Shown one piece after another: positions 50,177 to 61,569 of a stretch of 64,000 nucleotides of DNA. Each line of letters begins with the position of its first letter. The stretch's first letter is position 1. The stretch lies in the NCBI GenBank assembly GCA_011109175.1, contig RDEW01000010.1:1-64000 (forward strand). The letters are read 5' to 3'. The notes beneath the pieces were generated by a model. It did no database searches. It was not told where the DNA came from and saw only the letters and a list, made by a program, of their open reading frames with translations. This DNA comes from Dicyema japonicum. Its lineage: Eukaryota > Animalia > Dicyemida. A program made the position numbers and the translations under genes.

Positions 50177-52074
50177 TTAGACAATTGTGGTAGTTGAGAA
50201 ACACAGTTTAAAAATGTAATTAAATCTCGCACCTAATGAATACAATAAATAATATTACTGGGGTGGATAATATTGTGATGATTTGTTAGAACGAGAGCTT
50301 CTGCTGCTTGAGTGATATCCTCAAACTCTACAATTCCATTAGTATTTGTGTTATTATCAACATTATAAACATAATTAACCTTTAGAAGGGAAAACACGTG
50401 TTCTTATTGGAATTGCAGCAGAACAGTCCGTAAAAACCTATTCATTAGTAGACAACAACTTTATTTACTTCCTCTTCAGTATAATGTGGAGGACCACTAA
50501 AAAAGTGCAAAGATCGATCAGGACTGGTCATTTCTGTAAATTACTAATGACGTTACTATTCTTTGAGGCAAAATGCAGGAGTAGAGAATCGGTTGTTACG
50601 ATCAGAAGAATAGTCTACAAATGCTTCAGACCCATCAGGAAGATTGAAAGGTCTAGCAACGGTTTCGATGTGGGACTGACGAAAATTACTACAATTAGTC
50701 CACAATAAACGAAAATAAAAGAGGTTTTCCAAACAGTACAAGTCCATGGAGCTTTTTGGCTACTCGTATTGCGGACGCATTGTCTGCCATCTCAATCAAA
50801 GTGCAGTCGCTCTTGAATAACAGAAATTTTATCTGAAATATTAAAAAACCTTAAACCCTGACCACATTGCCATAACAACAGAGGATGTTGAATACCCGTT
50901 GCGGATTCCAAACTGAAGTGTCAAACCCGTAAGCGGAAAGGACAGAGCCTGTTATTTCCGATTCAAAAGAGGGTGTTTCTTTGTCATTCCAAGTTTTAGA
51001 CTAAGCGTACAAATGAAAGATGAAACATTTAAATTGTGGGGTAAATCGTAAGGAAACTGATCATCGACATCTTAAGTGTATAAGAGTACAATACCATTGC
51101 TATAGTAAGATTCACGATATTCGTTATTATCAAAACGAGACATTTTAGATGGACGGGAATCAAAATTAGAACTCCTCGTCCGTGGTTCAGGATAGACTGG
51201 CCTATTGCTTTCTCGAGATTGTTTATTATAATCTAAAGATTATGATTTGTCTGCAATATAGTGATTTAAATGAAAGATTATGATGTTTTATTTGCAATTT
51301 GGGGAGGATCGGCATTACAAAAGTCTAACCTTCATCTACGTCGTAATTACAGTCGTCCACTCTGAAGAGAGTCACGTGCTTTGACTTGACATTATTAGTC
51401 CCTTAAAACCTTCATTATTTTGGCTGAAATAGAACAACAATTCTCATAAATATCACAATCGTCTAGTACATGGAGGGCGTTCTCTGCCTCATTTGGAGTC
51501 CTGAACCTGCAATATAAGTAAAAGTAAACTCTATAAATACTCTGACCTCCTCTCCCCGGAATATCGAAATCCTCAAAACTTTACCTAAATCCTTGCAAAT
51601 CTCCTTTACGACACTCTACGGGTAACTTTTAATAACTACCACATCAATCTCGTACTTTATGTTCGTAATTATAAGTGAAATTACTGATGAAAGGTTCCGG
51701 CGGTTATTACTATATTACTCATAATTATTACAGATAGCGATCAGAAAAATCTACAAAAACCTGTTTCCCACAAATATCCAAATGTTCGTTCTAAATTACG
51801 AAAATACAACAACCCTAGCGTATTGAACACACTTGGCTGCTGATTCGACGTCCTAAATGTGACTGAGACAAGAAATACCCCAAAATCAACGAATGCTCGA
51901 GAGTTTTGAGGTGAAACGTCGATATAACTAAAGAATTTGTAAGTTTATTATTAAGATTTTTATAAGAAAATACCAAATTGCTCCGAAAATGAGAAGTTTT
52001 TCATAAATATCCTTTTTAGAAGCAGAGTTGTGAACTCGGTTTATTATTACAGAATCTGTTGGATTTGCGGGCAT
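50177..52074 (-). CDS. HNRNPL: Heterogeneous nuclear ribonucleoprotein L (4 RRMs); 16 introns
   Basis: Manual splice gives MPANPTDSVII...FGAI|...DIYENCCSISAKIMK|...RVFNILCCYGNVVR|IKF..LIEMAD..FGKPL..LPDGSEAFVDYSSDRNNRFSTP..SLHFF..GIVEFED..AAEALVLTNH..YIFKLCFST, matching hnRNP L/smooth. One extra T near 50571; the start codon is inferred. Confidence 0.92.
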
Positions 52075-52819
52075 TAAAACCTAGATTTTTAATAACATTT
52101 AAACATACTAGACGTCAAACACGTTAAAACAAATTTCTTTCAATTTTTTTTAAATTATATTTTTTTATATATTTGTTATATTCAATAATATATTACATAT
52201 TTTGTAAGTTTTATTAGCCTATAAAGTAATTTGATTTATTTATAAAACCGAAGTCTCAGAATACTAATGAGATCGTCAAAAAAGAGTCCACTTTGTTACT
52301 ACGGAAAACACTAAACGTCCTTCCAATCATGGAATACCTTTCGTCACTGGGACTTCCTCAAGATGGCAAAGTCCCTGACCATCCCTCGGGCCGCACATCA
52401 AACTATATATGGACGCTTTCCCGAAATATGAGAAGAAACCTTCCCCGTAGTGGAGATTAATCCAGGACTTCAAAACTAACCGCAGGAAAAGGACAGGTGT
52501 GGACACAGGGATCACTTAATTAGGCGATACTTTTATCCACTTTCTCCCTTCTGTTGTTTAATGCAGATGACCTTATCATCGCAACCAGAAACCGTTACGC
52601 ATCAACCAGAGCCTCCAAGCCTCTACTGAAGCTGAATGGTCTTACGCATGTTCCAATCGCCTTTCACTATCGGCAATAAAATCAATTTGCATACTATTAA
52701 ATTTAGACTGAGTCTGCAAATGAAAAAATAAAATCAATAATTGTGAAGAACAATGAAAAATAATTTTTAGATAAAATGGCTTAAATGAAGAAAAAAATTT
52801 ATTTAAATTTTGCTAAAAA

Positions 52820-54945
52820 ACCCGTCGCCTCTGTCTAAGCCCGAAGGTTCCAATTGGGCTGGAAATCCTGCGGCCTTGAGGGCTCAAAAATGATGTCATT
52901 GAGGGCTGCGTGACGCGGGGCCCACCAGCACTTCATCGGCTAGAGAGTGGATGTAAGCCTTTCGTATCAACGTCCCCGCCGCAGCGGCATTTGTGTCTCT
53001 AGCATATGTCCAGTCCTAGGCGAGGTGCCACCCCGATCCTCAGGCTGTTTTCGTCAAGGAGGGTCCCCAGATGTGGGTACGGTAGGGAATTTCCGCCATT
53101 TCCGCGATGTGCGACGACTTAATGCTTGCTAGTCGGTGTTGGTTGGCGCTTGTCTTCGCGGCATCCAGAGTACTCATACATGCAATTGAGTCCCAACTCT
53201 TCTGGCAAGCAAAGTTCGATGGGAATTCCAAGCCCAACTATCCTCCAACTTGCAAACTCTATCAAGCTCTGAGTCCAAGGTATGTCCGGTTGCGTTACGT
53301 AGGACTGCTCGGACCAAGCGATTGCAGCTCGCAAAGGATGAAAAGTAGGCAGTCAGGGCGGCCTCAAGGTGGATCTTAGCCCAATGCCTTTATTTCTTTT
53401 TTTGCACATTGTCCAGTCCAGATCATCGAATTTAACATTCAGTATTGACTCAGCTTATCATCTCAGAGTCCTATCAGCCGACAATAGTGATCTCCGGTGT
53501 TCAAGACATGGTGAACATCTCAAAATGTACATCATCTTTGACATATAAATTCATTTCTTGAGCAAGAAGAAAGACATATGTGGATCCAAAGATGATACTC
53601 TCTTTGTAAAGGCTTCAACTTCATTATCCTTACTGGTAAGGCAGTTTTCCAGCACGTCGTTTCCGAGAGGGCAGCCAAGGAAGTGTGCCTTGTCAAGGAG
53701 ATATGCTGTAAACCTGGAAGTAGGGATCTGAATTCTTGGAGGCAGTAGAAAACTTGGAGATGAGCAGGAAATATTGATCAGTTCCGATTTCCTAACATTG
53801 ACATTTAAACCCAATTCGTTTAGAGCTGGAATGGTTAAATAAATATTCTGATATACATTCTCCCACGGGCAGCTATTATGGCGTCGTCCAAGTGCCACAG
53901 GTTGAGTTCGCTGTTTATGTTTCGTGCCACTGTGTTAATTGTCATTGCAAAAATCAAAGGCCCTAGACTCTAGGGCCTAGAGGGTCTCCCTGCTGAACGC
54001 CTGTGCGTGGATAAACGATATGTTTCCGTAAGCTAATGCTGAGTCCGCATAAGATAAGTGTACTAGTCGTACAATTTCTGGAGCTCTCTTCCAACAGGTT
54101 TCCAAAATACAGTCTCTCCTCAGCGAGTTGAAGGCATTTGTATATCAAGCTTCAGGCCTAGCCTTTGGGTCTGGGTATTATTGTTGTTGAAGTAACTCCT
54201 CACGGCGTGGACTGCTGCCTCGCAACCACCGGTCACTCCCACCCCAAGTAGAGTCGGGAACAGCTCTCCAGCAATATTGTGGGAGACTCTCCGGGCAGCG
54301 ATTTTAGCAGCAAGCCTTCGAAAGTATGTACCGATCGCAATTGGGCGGACACCTCCATCTTTTTTTCGGTTCAAAAAAAGAAGATCTCTAGCAAATTTGA
54401 GTAGCAGCAAGGTGATAGACGTTAACAAGGCACGACCGACTTCAGCAGTAGCTTCAGAGGTTAAGTTTTTTACACGCAGACCTCCGCAGCTACTGGGAGC
54501 AAAAGACTTTATTCCACGCACTACTTCAAATTCCGTGGTAATAAATGCCGGGAGGTCTTCTGGCATTGTCAAGTTCCGCTGGTTTGGTGGTGGACTCAAG
54601 ACTTCTCGACACGGCTTCAACAGTGATTCGTCACATGACACTACTTTAACATCTTCCTGTTTATACCCAGCTTCTGTAGACATCTGTTTACGTCGAAGTA
54701 CTGCTCAGGTTCGATTCCTGAGTCTTGCTGCGTTGAAGTGGACAAAAAGGAAGAAGCATTCTTCTTGATTTTTGAGGCCAGTGATCCGCTGCGAGCTAGC
54801 TCTGAGGCAGAAATTCCTAGAGTCATAGGTGCAAAGCTCAATAGACGTATCCAAGAGGCCTGGTCGCTGGTACTGATGGCTTTATAAATTAATGACGTGA
54901 GACATTCAGCAGCGGGAATTCGAGCGGCCTTTGGTATCCTCCAAT
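52820..54945 (-). mobile_element. CRE-clade non-LTR retrotransposon (RT, CCHC and start of RLE), frameshifted
   Basis: KKDGGVRPIAIGTYFRRLAAK, LGVGVTGGCEAAVHAVR, GVQQGDPLGP, LGLNVNVRKSE, LGCPLG, HPLSC, RHAALNDII, EPSGLDRGDG. Confidence 0.88.
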
Positions 54946-54968
54946 AGATAAATAAATTTTACTAAATA

Positions 54969-56873
54969 CAGTCGAACCCCGGGGTGGGGCATCAAAGTGC
55001 CCCAAAAAGCGGGGGTGCCCTCCAAAACCGGGGTTTGGTTCAAACTATTGATTTATGGTTGATTTAACTTAAATTTTTGTTTACTTTGCGAAAAAGGAAC
55101 TTCTTCACTTCTTCAAAGTGTTTATAAAATAAGTTGTGATTTTTGCTCTATAGTTTGATAGATTTTTATTCTATGTTTTTTATTCGATTTTTATTAATTA
55201 ACAAATCATTATTTTTAAAGCATTTTTTTGAAATAATCAGTCAATTTCAATTTTTTTTATTTCTTAGATCTTTTCCAAGTTGAAATCTAAACTCATAATA
55301 TTTTTGTAATGTCTCAAAAGATGTATTTTGAGCTACATTTTCTAACTTATCCATCATTTCATAAGTTTCTGATATCGTTGTTTTGTCCTCTGTGTCAACT
55401 CCATTATAAAACTCGCAACTCTTGACTAGATCTTCGTTTTCTTCAGATATTACTTCAGATACTATTTCTTCCAGGAGTTCTTCCCCACAATTTTTATCTT
55501 CAACTGATTCTTCTCTATTTTCCTCAATTTTCTTCCAACAATTAATTATTGTTGTTTCTTTAACTTCCATCCACGCTTTTTTAACAAGTACCATAATTTG
55601 TCGCATATCTATATTTTTTAAAGATTTAAGATTAATTGTTGTATCTTCTTCCAAATTGAGTATAAAATCCATTAGGAAGTTTATGTACTTTAAAACACTT
55701 TATTATACCCATGTCTAAAGGTTGAATCAAAGATGTTGTGTTTTTCGGAAGAAAAAACAATTTAACATTTGAGTATTCCAATAAATAATGGCATGTAGCA
55801 TTATCCATTATTAAAAGTATTTTTCTATCTTGTGAGAGAAAGTCGTCGTTAATCTTTGAAAGCCACATTTTGAAAATTTCTCTATTCATCCAGGAATTTT
55901 TTGACGCTGCATATAAAATACCGAATTTTTCACAATCAAAATCTATGTTAAAATATAATTAAGCAAACTTTTCATACAACGTGGTGATTTGTATTTTCCA
56001 ATAACAAGGGGTCTTAATTTATTTCCTGCTGCATTACAGCAAAGGAGAACTGTTACTCTTTCTTTACTGAATTTTGTACCATGACATGTTTCTATAGATT
56101 CGACATAAGATCTTGAAGGAAATTTTTTAACATACAATGATGTTTCATCACAGTTAAAAATATTTTCATGACCATAAGTTTTCAACAAATTATCGAATTG
56201 AAAAAAAAATTTGCCAAATTACTTTTATCTGCTGAATTTTTTTCACCACAAATGGCTTTAAAAACCAGATCATGTCTCTTTTTAAATCTGTCTAACCAAC
56301 CGTTTGAGGCTTTAAAAGATGTTGAATAATTCAATTTTGTCGATATTTTTTTCGCGATGGCTTTGATTAAAGTACCCGAAATAGAAAAGGAATCATCCCT
56401 CAAACGACGAAAAGCATTAAAAGTTAATTCGTCAAGTTTTTCAAATTGATTGACTTCATTAGAAACTGGTTTAACTTCATCTATTTGAACTAATCTTGAA
56501 ATGACTGATCCGGTATTAATGAAAGAAGAAATGTTTTTTTTGATTCGGGAAATAGTGCCTTTGCTTATCTTGAATTTTTTTGCAACTTCTCTTTCAGAAG
56601 AAGTTTGTAGACACTTTGCAATTTTAATTTTTGTTTCAATAGAAATTTTGGAAGGCATTACACAAAGACAATTATCACGTGTTCAAAAATAATATTATTC
56701 AAAATAATATTATGTAATAAAATATTAAAATAAATTAGTAAAGTGCCCCATACTGGGGTTTTAATAATTTCCAAATTTGGAAATTATTAATGGAAAATGT
56801 ACTAGAAAATAAAATCGCCCCAAAAATCGAGGGTGCCCCAAGGCGGGGGTTTTATTGGGGCGGGGTTCGACTG
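54969..56873 (-). mobile_element. Full-length pogo/Tigger DNA transposon (1905 bp)
   Basis: Perfect 13-bp TIR CAGTCGAACCCCG / CGGGGTTCGACTG flanked by TA on both sides; transposase 56658-55247 with HTH (ASNGWLDRFKKRH), FNCDET, MDNATCH and IQPLDMG; about 3 frameshifts. Confidence 0.95.
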
Positions 56874-56967
56874 TAATATGTAATTCCTAACTGTTTATTT
56901 TTTGCTTCAATAATGCTTGCTTTGTACTTTCTTATTGAATAAGCTTCATTCTCAACATTCTATCTCT

Positions 56968-57222
56968 AATAATAATAATAAAGCCTTTTCACGAGAGCCA
57001 TAGTATTTTATAGCTCCGCATAGGCAGGACACACACTTTATTTAAGTAAAGAACAGTTAATTTTAACTAATCGTAGAACCAAGGAATGATCTTCACTTCT
57101 TTTTTTCTTTTTCTTGTGTGAGTGTCCTTTCTAGACAATCCAGTTCCGCAGTGAGTATTCACTGATGACGGCATCACTCGTCAAACCATTTCTGCTTCGT
57201 AGATGCGTGGAACCTTCCACCA
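56968..57222 (-). mobile_element. 5'-truncated copy of the tRNA-SINE
   Basis: High similarity to 14888-15135, with (TTA)n tail; lacks the A/B-box head. Confidence 0.85.
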
Positions 57223-57229
57223 CATTCTT

Positions 57230-58760
57230 CTCGAGATTGCAATTTTTCGGATGCTGTCTAGATCAAACATGTCAAACTCAAAAAGCTCCAAGGGCCGCAT
57301 AAAACAATTTGAGTATACAAGCGGACCACGCTAACAAATCAAAAAGTTCCAGATGCATCAGATAACATGCAAGTTTACTCAAATCAAAATTCTAGTCTTG
57401 AAGATACCAAAGACATTAAATAACAATAATGGACTGAGAGACGCCTTTCCTCTTCTAGGGTTTGAAACTTTTTAAATTTAATCCACCTGTACATTTCGTC
57501 GGTCTGAGGAGTCTTGAAGAGAAACGATTCGATTTATTTTATAAAAGACATTTGCGGTTTTTCTTGTTGCAGAATCAGATTTAGATCGACAAGTGTTATT
57601 CAATAGATGCTCCAAAAGTTCTCTCAGCGTTCAGGTGGTTTTTTTTCCAAGAGTGACTCAGGGTTGAGTGGTTTTGCACTTTGAAATATCCAGAGCAATT
57701 GAGAGATGTTTGTGGTAAGTTTCTTTTCTACATTTGGAAGAGATATCTGGGTTTGATGAAGTAATTTTTTTATTCCCAGACACAAGTGAATAAAATCAAT
57801 AACTACAGAAAAGTAATAAACAAAAGCGGACAATCCCGGATATCTTTGGAGAGTCCAAGACCAGGTTCCGACCATAAACAAAAGCAATAGTCTTCATTCC
57901 ACCAGGGCGTTTGGTATCGCTCAAGGTGAGACCAGCAAGTTCCAGAGAGAATAAGATAACGGTAGTGGGATTCGCCTTGTCCGGTTAATTAGATTATCAC
58001 AGGAGATCACAGAGAATGTCCCAATAAACAGACTTTGAGGACAAACGGAGATCTCAAGGAAGGTATCTGAATATTCAGGATGTAAATAACATCAAATTTG
58101 TAAACTTAGTTGTTCCAAAATTAACCAAATTAGGAATATCTCACATAATTTGTTATCCGCATATATCAGACATGTTAAGAGACACCCATGTAGGATGGTG
58201 AGCGTTGAATTCTCCTATTACTAACCCACTCAGAGGAATATATAAAATAGCAATTGTTAAACAGGTCATCCGAATATCGATCGGATTGATGAAGGTCCTT
58301 TGATTTAAAACCCACCTAACTATCGGAAGAGATAGTGAGTAGTTCATGAATATTAAATCTTATATTTTGATGTAAGTTTTGTTTCTATTTAGGGGAATGC
58401 TCACAAAGTGCTTCTCAACCATCTTGTGAAGGAAACATGTCACAGCCAAGAGTGAACGCTCCTGGAGATCCAATAAGTGTAATCGGTGCTGATGCGTTTT
58501 ATATTTTTGGGCAAGGAAATTAAACTGATGTTACGAAGAGATCATCTCACAAGAATTATAAATCCTTGAATTTAGTGTGGCTGCTCTCAAAATCAAAAAG
58601 TATTTCCCCTCACGATTTATAAAGAAATGTGTTCAACGAGGCAGCTCTTATCTTTTTCCCTTCTCTAATAAACGACCCAATGTGGTTCAACAGGGTTAGC
58701 AACCTGCTTCCAATAACCCCTGATGTTTAGATGGCCACCTGTTCTAAAACCTTAGGATAA
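57230..58760 (-). mobile_element. Degraded LINE (APE and 3' region)
   Basis: LNIRG, ISRSV, IGEFNAHHPTW, LSPVISVII and VRLYTQIVL remnants. Confidence 0.55.
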
Positions 58761-59977
58761 AATTAGCCTAAATTGTTATTATTTCCGAAAATAAACTTTT
58801 TTTTAACTTTCCTGAATTTATGTGGTTCCTTGAAATTGAGGGAACCCCTCCAGTGGTGTGGGAAAGAGTAAAAGATCTTTTTTCGTGCCACCCTGGCACT
58901 GGGGACTACCTGAGACAGGTGGATCACTCAATTAAAAGAGAAGAGGATGAACAAACAGAAAAACCCCATTATTATTAATAATATTACATGAGTACGGTTA
59001 CACTAGACTAATTAATCACACGTCCCAGCATTCTCTAGCAGAGACTTCAATTTGGCCCGATGCTCCTCCCTCGACCCCACAGAAGCATGTATCAGACGAA
59101 TGACTGAATCTTTGAGTCACGACGGCATGCGCATCATGGATTATAGAGGCATTGGATGCTGGGAATATTCAAATGTAATGGAATTAATAGATGAATTAAT
59201 AAACCTAAAAATAATTAATTTTAAATCTATTTGTCAGAATTCAAGAATTAAAGAATAGTTTCCTAAATTGTGAAAACCGATCCTTTCAACAACTGTCGTG
59301 CCAGAAAAACTCATCACTTCTGGTTGACGAGAATTGTCACCATTGCTGAAAAGTCCATCTTCGAATTCAAACCCAAGACAGTCAGATCAAAAAGGCTTTG
59401 TAATGGAGAAAGGATCTGTTTGCAAAAATGTAGGCAATTTTCTAGAAAGTAATCCACATGTAAACCATGGGGAACTCAGCTTCTAGTCAATAAAATGTAG
59501 TCATTTAACATTATTATTAATGTATGTCATCTCTCCCTCTCTGAGACATCACCAATCTTTTGAATGTCTGTCCAGAATAATGTAATATTTTTCGTAACCT
59601 AATTCAAATATTTGAATGAGCAATCATTTGACATGATAACATGTGAAAGTTCTAACGCAGGGAATTTAAAAGTTAAAGACTTTAGTGGAAAGCATTCTCA
59701 AATCCCATTTCAAATCAGATTAGGATAATAATTTAATGATTCAGTATAAATTCGTCTCTAATAAAGATAATCCGATAATAATTCAAGAAAGCCCAATCTA
59801 GAGAGCTTAAAGCAAAAATGCCATTAAATATTCTTGAAATTTACCCCCAATACTGCAATAGAGGTGGACAATAAAGCCTTAATTCTATTTGATTAAAATT
59901 CCAGGAATTTAATCGTATATGCGGATATGTTTTAATAGGATCTCTATAAATTAGGTTAGCGCGATTATTATACTGTC

Positions 59978-61475
59978 ATGAGTAGATACGCAGTATCAAA
60001 GTACAAAAATATACAAGCTGGGGACACAGTAAATCCATCATTTGACGATATTCCATTTCCGAATACAGACTCGACATTAGTTGCTGGGAGCTCTGAGCTC
60101 ATAGCTTTCGTGACTCAAGCCGGGAATGGAGGAAGTTTTATTTTTTGTAAGAAAGATAATGTAAATGTATTTGAAATATCCTAGTTTGGTAGAATAAGTC
60201 CAAATATGCCAAAAGTACGTGCTCATACGAGTGAGATAACTGATTTGGCTTTTTATACCTTTTCATCAACAATTTTAGCCACGGGTTCTATGAGTGGGTC
60301 CATCAAAATATGGGATTTGCCAATTGAAGGATTAACCAAAGACATGGAAGAGTGTCTTACAGAGTTAACTGGACATCAACGTAAAGTTACTTGTATTGTC
60401 TGGCATCCAACCTCAGAAAACATATTAATTTCGGGGGGTATAAGTGATTTCCATAATAATCAGGAAATGATCATATGTGTTTCATTTGGAATGCTTCAAC
60501 TGGAGAAGCATGTTTCAAAATAAAGTTAGATGATGCAGTAATAGGGATTTCCCTTAACTACGACGGTTCCCGAATGGCATGCACAACCAAATCAAAAAAA
60601 CTATCAGTTTTGGATGGAAGAGACGAGACAACATTAGTCGTATGTCATTTTGTAGTAATATATAGAGTGGTCCAGCCCACTGTGGGAACCGTATCAATCA
60701 ACCAATTTATCTAAAGAACGGCCTCATTTTCACTTGTGGAACAAATAAGGCGGGTGAGAGAGAATTTGCTATTTGGAATCCAGTAAGTGAAAATGCTTAA
60801 TTCGAAGAGTGACCTGAGTGAACCATTGAAAAGAGTAGATTATGACAATAACCAAGGACAAATGATCCCCCATTACGAACCAGAACATGAAATTATTCTC
60901 ATTCTAGGAAAAGTCTAACTACCTTACATTTATTTAGGGGGAAACATTAATCTCCGTCCTTGAAGTCCAGAATACAGTTCCATACATCACTCTTGTATGT
61001 TCTCAAAATTTATCTACTGGTGGTGGAGTTAGAAGCTTTAACTCTTTCCCACCAGTTTCTCGTAATCTCAACGATTGCGTGATTATTGATGGAATAAGAG
61101 CTACAAAAAGGTCTTGTGAAAATGTTAAATTTAAAGTCCCAAGACTGGTTTGTCGTATTTTACTAAAATATAGTCAAAAGACTTTCAATCTGATCTTTTT
61201 GGAGAAATAAGAGATTCTATCCCCTCGCAAACGGACGTAGAATATATTAATGGTTCCAATAATCCCCCCAAAATGGTTTGAAATTAAGGTTTACTTTAGC
61301 TTGATTTGAGAACTTTATTTTCAGACCAGAAACCCCATAAAAGTGCAAATTCTACAATAACTCTTAAAGTTGGGTCAAAAAGTGAAGTATTCATTTATAA
61401 TATTTTTAGGTAAAGAGTATTGAAGAAAGATTGAAAAATATTGAGGATCGACTCAATATTCTAGAGAATAAATAA
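59978..61475 (+). CDS. Coronin (WD40 propeller and C-terminal coiled coil); 8 micro-introns (23-26 nt), intact frame
   Basis: SKYKN..GGSF..|FGRISPNMPKVRAHTSEITDL..IKIWDLPIEGL..LTGHQRKV..WHPTSENILISG|G..REFAIWNP|..LILGK|GET..FKVPRL|SKDFQSDLF..IEERLKNIEDRLNILENK*. Confidence 0.93.
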
Positions 61476-61569
61476 CAATAATTAGGACTACTAACATTCA
61501 TCATTGGGCATTAAAGTGTTTTGGAGTTACATTGTATTCACAGTTAGAGTCCCGAGTTACCCGTAACCA

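Noticed and set aside
9300-50575. Programmed ribosomal frameshifting, RNA editing or pseudogenisation explaining frameshifts in WDR1 (about 9308, 10327), MCTS1 (11617), protocadherin (19910, 20790), WIP-like (34955), PPME1 (37208) and hnRNP L (50571)
   Set aside because: The shifts go in both directions, fall mostly in homopolymer or dinucleotide runs and share no slippery or stop motif. Shifting at the downstream stop would lose conserved residues. Long-read consensus error is the simplest explanation; short-read polishing would confirm it.
58875-58930. Hammerhead ribozyme (GTGCCA..TGGCAC-GAAA on the minus strand; also near 7870)
   Set aside because: The stem and GAAA are present, but the required upstream CUGANGA is absent in both copies.
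8517-61475. Alternative genetic code with stop-codon reassignment
   Set aside because: In-frame stops in conserved genes disappear once micro-introns are removed; NFS1, coronin and SAMD8 translate cleanly with the standard code.
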